64,000 nucleotides of DNA from Candidatus Bathyarchaeia archaeon. GTDB taxonomy: Archaea > Thermoproteota > Bathyarchaeia > Bathyarchaeales > Bathycorpusculaceae. This document shows, in pieces, positions 56,757-64,000 of the stretch. The stretch is from positions 1 to 64,000 of the forward strand of contig JBEKSS010000005.1 in the NCBI GenBank assembly GCA_049516875.1, given 5' to 3'. A program made the translations under genes and the position numbers. The notes beneath the pieces were generated by a model, which worked only from the letters and a program-made list of their open reading frames with translations, had not been told where the DNA came from and searched no databases. Every line of letters begins with the position of its first letter. The first letter of the stretch is position 1.

Positions 56757-58604
56757 TTAGTCATCAATTTCTCCCCCGGCAAGTCCAGATTGGCCTCGCT
56801 GATCTGTGAGAACAAGTGCTGTGTGTGGCTCAAGAGATAAGTGAATGTTGCATGCTTTGACTCGGTAATCTTTTGCAGTTAATAAATCGGTGAAAATGGG
56901 CTCTCGGTCTGGATTGATTCTTTTGCTTTCAATGGTAATGTTTTGTTTTCGCGATGAGTTGTTCATCGCAACCAATACTCTGTCTTCTTCATGCTTTCTA
57001 AGGTATGCATAAGTGTTCGTTTTCGAGTCCAAATGCAACGTAGCGAAGTCTCCGCCTGTCAGGGCCCTGTGATCTTTCCTTACATTAACCAGTTTTCTGC
57101 AAAACTCGAAAAGTCTTAGGTCTTGACTTGTCTCATCCCATATCATCCCTCGTCTGTTATCTTCCCATTCTTTGCTTCCCTTGAGGCCTATTTCATCGCC
57201 ATAATATATCGCCGGCATGCCAACATACGTCATTTGGAAAATGATGGCGAGCTTCATCCTTTCCACGTGCCCGTCGCAAAGCGACAGGAATCTCACAGTA
57301 TCGTGGCTTCCCAGTAGATTGTAGAGAACATCGTTCACCTGTTGATAGTATTGCATGCGCAGTTTGGCCAACCGAGCGTCAAATTCCTCAACCTTAATAC
57401 TTCCTTTTGCGAAGAAATCGGCAATGATTTCTCTCAGCGGATAGTTCATTACAGAATCAAGTTGGTCTCCTTCCAACCATGCTGAAGCGTTCTGAGAGAT
57501 TTCACCCATAATCAAGGCGTCCGGCTTTGCAACCTTGACCTCTCTGCGGAATTCCCTCCAGAATTCGTGATCAATTTCACTCGCTGTGTCAAGTCTCCAG
57601 CCGTCTATATCTGCCTCTTTGATCCAATAGACTGCAACATCAATCAAGTACTTTTTTACCTCAGGATTCGAGGTCATGAATCGTGGCATGCGCCAAACGT
57701 TCTTGCCCCATGTCTCATAGGTGGGAACAGGGTGAGTTTCTATTGGAAAATTGTATACTTTGAACCATTTCTTATATCTTGACAACTGCCCCTTCTGGAC
57801 AACATCTTGGAAGGCCCAAAACTCAAACCCACAATGGTCAAAAACGCCGTCGAGGACGATTTTTAAGCCCATTTCATGGCATTTTCTGACTAGTTTACAA
57901 AAAGTCTCCATATTCCCGAAGTGTGGGTCAATTCTGTAATAGTCCGTTGTGTCATACTTGTGTGAGGATGGTGAACTGAATATTGGGGTGAGGTAAATTG
58001 CATTCACTCCTAGATTGTTCAAGTAGGGTAGGCTATCTATTATGCCCTTCAGGTCGCCTCCATAGAAAGTCTCGCTGGTAGCAGGTAGTTTTCCCCATTC
58101 AACGACGTTCGGCGGGTCACTTGATTTGTCTCCGTTACGAAAGCGTTCCGGGAATATCTGATAGAATATTGCTCGTTTCGCCCAACCTGGTGTCAATACG
58201 GTGTCGCCCTCACGTATGTAGGGCATCTGAAAAAAAGGGAACCCCATCTCCCTTGGTTCTGGCTGGTTTGTATGGAAGCCAGCCTCCGTGTACCAGAATT
58301 GTTCAGAACCATCGTCCAAGAGAAAGGCGTAGCGAAGCCTTTTAGAGATTGGCACTTTCATGATGACGTTGAAATAGTCGAACAGATCATCAGTTGCAAC
58401 CTTGTTCATGCAAAGCTTTTTTAGAGGTTGGGTCGGCTCCCATGGATCTCCATAGAAAAGTTGGCAAATCTTTAGGTAACTCTTTTTTGCTTTCAGGCTG
58501 ATGCTTAGTCTGTACGGGTCTAGCAGATAGGCGTATGCTCCTTCTGACTTGTGGCAAACGGCTTCCCTCGGCATTCTGCTGGCCCCCACTGTGGAGTCTA
58601 TCAA
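56757..58604 (-). CDS. GH13 neopullulanase/cyclomaltodextrinase
   Basis: FYQIFPERF.NGD, GGDLKGI, HKYDT.DY, DGVFDH, DGWRLDTA, GEI, LGSHDT, YYGDEIG. Confidence 0.93.
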   Translation of the reverse strand: MIDSTVGASRMPREAVCHKSEGAYAYLLDPYRLSISLKAKKSYLKICQLFYGDPWEPTQPLKKLCMNKVATDDLFDYFNVIMKVPISKRLRYAFLLDDGSEQFWYTEAGFHTNQPEPREMGFPFFQMPYIREGDTVLTPGWAKRAIFYQIFPERFRNGDKSSDPPNVVEWGKLPATSETFYGGDLKGIIDSLPYLNNLGVNAIYLTPIFSSPSSHKYDTTDYYRIDPHFGNMETFCKLVRKCHEMGLKIVLDGVFDHCGFEFWAFQDVVQKGQLSRYKKWFKVYNFPIETHPVPTYETWGKNVWRMPRFMTSNPEVKKYLIDVAVYWIKEADIDGWRLDTASEIDHEFWREFRREVKVAKPDALIMGEISQNASAWLEGDQLDSVMNYPLREIIADFFAKGSIKVEEFDARLAKLRMQYYQQVNDVLYNLLGSHDTVRFLSLCDGHVERMKLAIIFQMTYVGMPAIYYGDEIGLKGSKEWEDNRRGMIWDETSQDLRLFEFCRKLVNVRKDHRALTGGDFATLHLDSKTNTYAYLRKHEEDRVLVAMNNSSRKQNITIESKRINPDREPIFTDLLTAKDYRVKACNIHLSLEPHTALVLTDQRGQSGLAGGEIDD

Positions 58605-58625
58605 ACTGTGTTCGATGGTTGAGTC

Positions 58626-59729
58626 TTAGGTAAAGTTTTCTCCTGAGTTTCTGTCGAAAACGTGTGCATTGCTGCTGGTTAGGTTGACCCACACCGTTTC
58701 TTCCATCTGATAAAGTCTTCGATCGGACGCAACGATCACGATCCTGTTCTTGCCGACTTCCACATGAACCACGTTTTCTGCCCCCAGAAGTTCAACGCCA
58801 TAGACCTCGCCTTTTAACCATCCTTCCTGCTCGCCTTCCATGCTGATTCTACAGTCTTGGGGTCGTATCCCGTACGTTACGTCTGTCGGAAGCTCGGCAC
58901 CTTTATTGACGAGGGTTTTCAGAAGCTGCGAATCAACTCTTATGTTGAATTCTTCTGCGTTTATTATTCCCGAGTTCTTCGTTATCTCAAGTTTCCCGTC
59001 GACAAAATTCATGGGTGGGGTTCCGATAAAGCCCGCCACAAACTTGTTGCTTGGGTGTGAATAGACTTCTGTGGGCGGAGCGTACTGTTGAAGCTCACCC
59101 TTGAATTGAACCGCGACTCGATCAGCAAGCGTCATAGCTTCAAGCTGGTCGTGCGTCACGTAGACTGTGGTTACGCCTAGTCTCTTCTGGAGCTTTTTCA
59201 GTTCGATTCTCATCAGCACTCTGAGTTTGGCATCCAGATTGCTAAGAGGCTCATCCATGAGGAAGACTTTTGGGTTTCGCACGATGGCTCTTGCCAAGGC
59301 GACTCTCTGCCTCTGCCCTCCGCTGAGTTGTTTGGGTTTGCGACCCAAGAGTTCTTTGATTTCCAGTGACTCGGCGGTCTTCTCCACTCTGTTCCTTATT
59401 TCCTCTTTCGGCACCTTATGCATCTTAAGTGGAAAAGCAATGTTTTGGAAAACTGTCATATTAGGATAGAGTGCGTAGCTCTGAAACACCATAGCCACAT
59501 CTCTGGCCCAAGGTTCAAGTCTGGTAACATCCATACCCCCAATGTATACAGTGCCTTCAGTAGGCGTTTCCAAGCCAGCTATCAAACGGAGAGTCGTAGT
59601 CTTTCCGCATCCGCTTGGCCCGAGCAAAACGACAAACTCTTTGTCTTTGACCTCGAGTTGAAGGTCTGCGACTGCTACAACTCCGCCTTCGAATAGTTTT
59701 GTTACATGCTTAAGCAATACGTCAGCCAA
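58626..59729 (-). CDS. malK: Sugar ABC transporter ATP-binding protein
   Basis: GPSGCGKTT, VFQSYALYP, LSGGQRQRVA, DEPLSNLDAKLR. Confidence 0.92.
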   Translation of the reverse strand: MADVLLKHVTKLFEGGVVAVADLQLEVKDKEFVVLLGPSGCGKTTTLRLIAGLETPTEGTVYIGGMDVTRLEPWARDVAMVFQSYALYPNMTVFQNIAFPLKMHKVPKEEIRNRVEKTAESLEIKELLGRKPKQLSGGQRQRVALARAIVRNPKVFLMDEPLSNLDAKLRVLMRIELKKLQKRLGVTTVYVTHDQLEAMTLADRVAVQFKGELQQYAPPTEVYSHPSNKFVAGFIGTPPMNFVDGKLEITKNSGIINAEEFNIRVDSQLLKTLVNKGAELPTDVTYGIRPQDCRISMEGEQEGWLKGEVYGVELLGAENVVHVEVGKNRIVIVASDRRLYQMEETVWVNLTSSNAHVFDRNSGENFT

Positions 59730-59816
59730 GAATGTTCACTCTTTTGGAAATCTCCGGAGTTTCTGTTGGTTCCAGAGTCTCTTATGCGTTTCTCTAACCA
59801 GCAAACTGCTTTCCTC

Positions 59817-60698
59817 CTAGCCTTTGACTGCTCCGATGGCAAGTCCGGCCCGGAGGTAACGCTGAATTATCATGAACACTATGACCAAAGGAATGGCGGA
59901 CAATACAGACATAGCAGCGAACTGAGGCCATGTTGTCGTTAGATTGCCACTTTGGGCCAAAGAAAACAGCGTCAATGGAAGCGTGTAATTAGACTGACTA
60001 GCAAGGACAATATTGGCAATAGCGTATTCGTTCCATGCAGTCAAGAAGCTGAAAAATGCAGTGACAGCCAACCCTGGCACGGTCAGCGGCAGAACAACAT
60101 GATACATTGCGCTAAAGTAGGATGCTCCATCAATGAGAGCAGCTTCATCAATGTCTCTTGGAAGCGTGTCAAAGAATGCCTTCATATTCCACATAGCGAA
60201 TGGCAGAACCAAAGAGACGTACACCAAAATAAGGCCGAAAAGACTGCCGTATAACCCGAAAGAGAGGAGGAGATAGAAGAAGGCGATGTACATCAGAAGT
60301 CCAGGAACAAACTGGATAAAAATGAGAACATACAGAATAGGCCTTTTACCCAAGAATCTGAACCTTGACATGGCATAGGCTGCAGGACAAGCGACTAGCA
60401 AACAGAGACCGGTAGTAGATAGAGACACTATCAGACTATTGACTAACCCTGACCAAAATGGCGAATTGGCCGCCAGCGCCCAACTGTAAGCTTGCAAGGT
60501 TGGATTAGGAGGAATGATCTGCAGTGTCGTCGTGAGAAGAGACCCGTAGCTTCTTAAAGAGGCAGAAAAAATCCAAACAATGGGGAAAATGACTGCTAAT
60601 TCCACGATTACGGCAAGCGCATTCTTGCTTATTCCGAAAAGAAGCCGCCTCCTGCCTATTCGTTGAATCCTTCTACGGAATTTCTTCCAGTAGGTCAT
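59817..60698 (-). CDS. malG: Maltose/maltodextrin ABC permease
   Basis: EAA loop DEAALIDGA; FLTAWNEY. Confidence 0.88.
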   Translation of the reverse strand: MTYWKKFRRRIQRIGRRRLLFGISKNALAVIVELAVIFPIVWIFSASLRSYGSLLTTTLQIIPPNPTLQAYSWALAANSPFWSGLVNSLIVSLSTTGLCLLVACPAAYAMSRFRFLGKRPILYVLIFIQFVPGLLMYIAFFYLLLSFGLYGSLFGLILVYVSLVLPFAMWNMKAFFDTLPRDIDEAALIDGASYFSAMYHVVLPLTVPGLAVTAFFSFLTAWNEYAIANIVLASQSNYTLPLTLFSLAQSGNLTTTWPQFAAMSVLSAIPLVIVFMIIQRYLRAGLAIGAVKG

Positions 60699-61634
60699 CT
60701 AGCTCGCCTCCTCGGCTATTCGGCTTACTCGCAGGCCAAAGAAGCCGATGACCAGCACCATTATCAGGACTATGCCCAAAAAAGCAGAGGCAAGTCCATA
60801 GAACCTGCCAGTGAGTATCGTCGTGTAACCCCAGACCATGACAGTTTCATTAAGTCCACCCGCTCCAGTAGAAGGTCCGCCCCGGTTGAGCAAGTATGGA
60901 ACGTTGAGGTTTTGAAAAGTTGTGTTCGCAGTCAACAATGTTGCCAGCAGAAGAGGTCTGCTTATCTGTGGTAGCGTAATGTGCCTAAGTTTGTGCCATG
61001 ATCTGGCACCATCGACTGTTGCTGCCTCGTACAGTTCAGGGGGGATACCCTGCAGCGCCCCTAGAATCACGGTCATCATGAACGGGTAAGCAAGCCAAGT
61101 GTTCGTTATGTTGTAAGCTGCGAAGGCAGGCCACTCGAGGTTCAGCCAGTTAGGACCTGGCAGACCGATCATGCGCAGAACTTGGTTTATAGATCCAGAA
61201 CCTGTTTGAAACATCCCTTGCCATATTAGAATTGATGTAAAGCCAGGCATCGCCCACGGCAAGATAACGATTGCCATCTGGACTTTCTTGCCGAACAAGT
61301 CCTTAGAATTGTAAAGAAGAGCAAAGGCCAGGCCGACTGCAACCTGAAGTCCCACATTGGTTACCGTCCACAGGACGGTCTTATACAACACAGATTGGAT
61401 GTGTGGACCATAAACACTAAGCAACCTTTGATAGTTCTGAAACCCTATGAACTGATAGCCGGTTCGTATATTGAACAGTGTCAGGTTTGTAAACCCCAGT
61501 CCTATGGAAAAGAAGATAGGATACGCGTTGAAGAAAATCAGCATGGCCAAAGAAGGCAGCATGAAAAAGTAGGCAACGGTGTTCTTTTGCCAAATATCTT
61601 TCAAAAAAGGGGAGTGTTTGGGCTCTTCGCTCAT
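60699..61634 (-). CDS. malF: Maltose/maltodextrin ABC permease
   Basis: ILPWAMP, WLAYPFMM, LYEAATVDGA. Confidence 0.88.
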   Translation of the reverse strand: MSEEPKHSPFLKDIWQKNTVAYFFMLPSLAMLIFFNAYPIFFSIGLGFTNLTLFNIRTGYQFIGFQNYQRLLSVYGPHIQSVLYKTVLWTVTNVGLQVAVGLAFALLYNSKDLFGKKVQMAIVILPWAMPGFTSILIWQGMFQTGSGSINQVLRMIGLPGPNWLNLEWPAFAAYNITNTWLAYPFMMTVILGALQGIPPELYEAATVDGARSWHKLRHITLPQISRPLLLATLLTANTTFQNLNVPYLLNRGGPSTGAGGLNETVMVWGYTTILTGRFYGLASAFLGIVLIMVLVIGFFGLRVSRIAEEAS

Positions 61635-61646
61635 TCCTGAGGCCCG

Positions 61647-63545
61647 CTAAGGATAATGCCCGTACTTCGTCTGAATGTTGGTTATCACTGAGTCTTCGGC
61701 TTGTTGGAAAGCTACCTGAGCAGTTTGGGTTCCTTGAACTACCGCGTTCCAAGCGTTTGTCGCTCCCGTCCAGACATCACCCATTTGCGCATTATTAGGT
61801 ATCGGGATGGTGTATTTGAGCTGGTTGCCGAAGCCTGAGATGACAGGGTCGTTCTGGATGGTTGTGTCTTTGTAGGCGTCATAGGTCACGGGTATATAGC
61901 CTAGCGTCTTGCCTAGAGCTATTTGATTGGTTGCGCCTGTAAACCATTTCATGAATGCGATGTCAGCATCTTTGTTGGCATCTTTCACGTTTGAGGTCAT
62001 CCAGATGCCTTTGACTCCTTCAAACGGCATCGGAGTTGCGTTGTTGTTCTGAGATATCATGGGAATCAATGACAAGCCGAAGCTGATGCCTGCATTCTTC
62101 ACGTTCGCAACCTCCCAGTCCCCATCGACAAGCATTGCTGACTTGTTCTGCTCGAAAAGCGCGTCTTGGCTGGCTCCGCCCAAGTCTGGAGCAAGGTAAG
62201 GCAGTATGGTGCTGTTGAACCACGATGCAGCCTGAATGGTGCCTGATGAGTTCAAGCCAACAAGACCCGTGGTGTCGTTGTAGTAGTATCCTCCCCAACC
62301 TGAAACCCACGGGAACAGGTGGTAGGGATCGTTTAGAGTGACGTAACTTAAGCCGTATTGGTAGGGAGCCGTTCCTCCTTTGGCAGACTCGTTGTGCATT
62401 AAAGCGACCATTTGATCGGTGGTAGTGGGAGGAGTGGTAATGTACGCCTTGTTGTAGAAGAGCGTCAAGCATTCGGCGGACAAGGGAAGCGCCCAAAGGT
62501 GTCCCTTGTATGTCATGGCAGACAGGGCGCTCGGATAATACGCTGCCAAGGTGGCGTTGTCAATGTAGGTGTCTATCGGGAGAATCAGGCTGGCGTTGAC
62601 AAACTCGCCCTGCCAATCTTCCGCGCCCCAAGTATACAGGTCGGGGCCTTGGCCTGCAGGTATCGCAGCCGTCAAAGCGTCGTGCATGCCAGCGCTTGTC
62701 TTTTGAACCATATTGACTGTGACTCCTGGGTATGCCGCCTCGAATAAGCTGATCTGTGTGTTCCAAGCAGTAAGCTCGTTGGGTAAGAGCGCGTGCCAAA
62801 TGGTCACAGTGCCTGTGATTATCCTCACCGTCAAAGTGTTGTTTGAAAACGCGTAGACTCCTGTTGTGCTGTTGAATACTTGCACGTTCCAAATGTACGT
62901 TCCTGCGCTTGTGAACGTGCAGTTAAAAGAGTTCAGTGCATTGTTCTGAACGGTCGTGTTCGACGCCACAGATTGCCATGTTCCAGTCACGTTCACCCAT
63001 AGGCTTGCATTCGCAATATTGTCTCCTACGCTCACCGGGGTGTAGGTGAACGTTACCGTGGTTGGGAGGGTTCCCACCGACTGATTTGCACCGTCAACAG
63101 GAGTGTTAAGAGCGACAGATACACCTGCACTTGCCACGATCAGGGTATAATTTGATGATGCTGAGACTCCGATCGTGCTGTTGAATACTTGTACGTTCCA
63201 TTTATACGTTCCTGAGGCCGTGAATGTGTAGCTAAAAGAGTTGACTGTGTTGTTCTGTACGTTTGTGGTATTCGACTCTACGGACAGCCCGTTCATCAAT
63301 AAGCTCGCGTTAAAGATATTGTCCCCTATGCAGACTGGGGTGTAGGTAAACGTTGCGGCGCGTGTGTATTGTGTTGCGCCGTTACTTGGACTGTTAAGAG
63401 AAACAGACAGAGTTGTCGCTGCTGCACCGGGCATATAATAGACGTAGGCCGCTGCGACGACAGCAATGATTATAATGATTACAATGATTGCTGCAACCAA
63501 CATTCTCGATATTGCTCGCTTTGATTGTCTTACTTTCACTAACAT
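61647..63545 (-). CDS. malE: Maltodextrin-binding protein with two N-terminal Ig-like repeats
   Basis: AGQGPDL, LFYNK, F...KSAMLVDGDW, PIPNNAQMGDVW; KRAIS + hydrophobic helix; start set at ATG 63545. Confidence 0.85.
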   Translation of the reverse strand: MLVKVRQSKRAISRMLVAAIIVIIIIIAVVAAAYVYYMPGAAATTLSVSLNSPSNGATQYTRAATFTYTPVCIGDNIFNASLLMNGLSVESNTTNVQNNTVNSFSYTFTASGTYKWNVQVFNSTIGVSASSNYTLIVASAGVSVALNTPVDGANQSVGTLPTTVTFTYTPVSVGDNIANASLWVNVTGTWQSVASNTTVQNNALNSFNCTFTSAGTYIWNVQVFNSTTGVYAFSNNTLTVRIITGTVTIWHALLPNELTAWNTQISLFEAAYPGVTVNMVQKTSAGMHDALTAAIPAGQGPDLYTWGAEDWQGEFVNASLILPIDTYIDNATLAAYYPSALSAMTYKGHLWALPLSAECLTLFYNKAYITTPPTTTDQMVALMHNESAKGGTAPYQYGLSYVTLNDPYHLFPWVSGWGGYYYNDTTGLVGLNSSGTIQAASWFNSTILPYLAPDLGGASQDALFEQNKSAMLVDGDWEVANVKNAGISFGLSLIPMISQNNNATPMPFEGVKGIWMTSNVKDANKDADIAFMKWFTGATNQIALGKTLGYIPVTYDAYKDTTIQNDPVISGFGNQLKYTIPIPNNAQMGDVWTGATNAWNAVVQGTQTAQVAFQQAEDSVITNIQTKYGHYP

Positions 63546-64000
63546 ACTCTCCGCTAGGCCCTTTAGGAGCATTCCAGATATAACTATTTCGAAGCCTCCA
63601 TTTTTGCACGCGCGAAAATGCCATAGCAAAAAGATCAATTTCTCATGGGTTTTGAACCTCTTCTCATGTTATGCGCAACGAAAATGTTTCTTCGGAGACT
63701 TCCAGCTGTGTAGGCAACAGCATCCAAACATAAAATATTTTAGCTAATTATCTGTAATTGTCTGCTATGCGCTTTCGTTTCAGCCAGAGAAGTTGAAATG
63801 GCATGTTGAGCAAGATTCTGGTTCTTCTGATAGGTCTATCCTTGGTTTCGAGTTCCACACTCCCCATCATTCAAGAAACCTCAACGGCCAATTCATTCAG
63901 AAGACTCGTTTCAAGCGTCAATGTGGCGCAGCGACAGCCGCAATTCAACTCTCTGGCTAGCGACATCGCGTTCGAGACGCCTGACTGGGTGAAAAACGCG

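Noticed and set aside
744-63747. Numerous antisense or nested ORFs in the ORF track
   Set aside because: Shadow frames of well-supported genes

Overview
This is a 64-kb archaeal chromosome segment; gene content and style suggest Bathyarchaeia (inference). The left arm (1-29.8 kb) carries host genes: gcvPA/PB, aIF2-beta, aIF1A-rio1-KH cluster, tRNA-His, LonB, an Hjc-like nuclease, an ABC exporter, a hemL-like aminotransferase, mobA and MinD. It also holds several pseudogenes and two integration scars (rio1, tRNA-His). A ~20.7-kb tyrosine-integrase element sits at about 29844-50527, bounded by a TCTTATGAA direct repeat in a non-tRNA site. It encodes a HEPN protein, a P-loop replication protein with internal iterons, a ParB-like protein, a possible virion-type module and an unusual region at 41.8-48.6 kb. 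That region contains three highly structured non-coding segments, the largest about 530 nt with GNRA/cUUCGg tetraloops, a 12-bp closing helix and a possible pseudoknot. They are followed by about 10 small genes separated by a conserved CC(Y)TTTTTTCTGTTCGGGGTG repeat. Parts of the large RNA are complementary to both halves of that repeat, and several of the small proteins share a C-terminal FSLxx-hydrophobic motif. This RNA plus cassette array is the best candidate for an undescribed system. The right arm (50.5-64 kb) has a box C/D sRNA predicted to target 23S rRNA, trmI, a DapA-Fae fusion and a maltodextrin GH13/ABC operon. All structures and family calls were made by eye; no database search or folding program was run.
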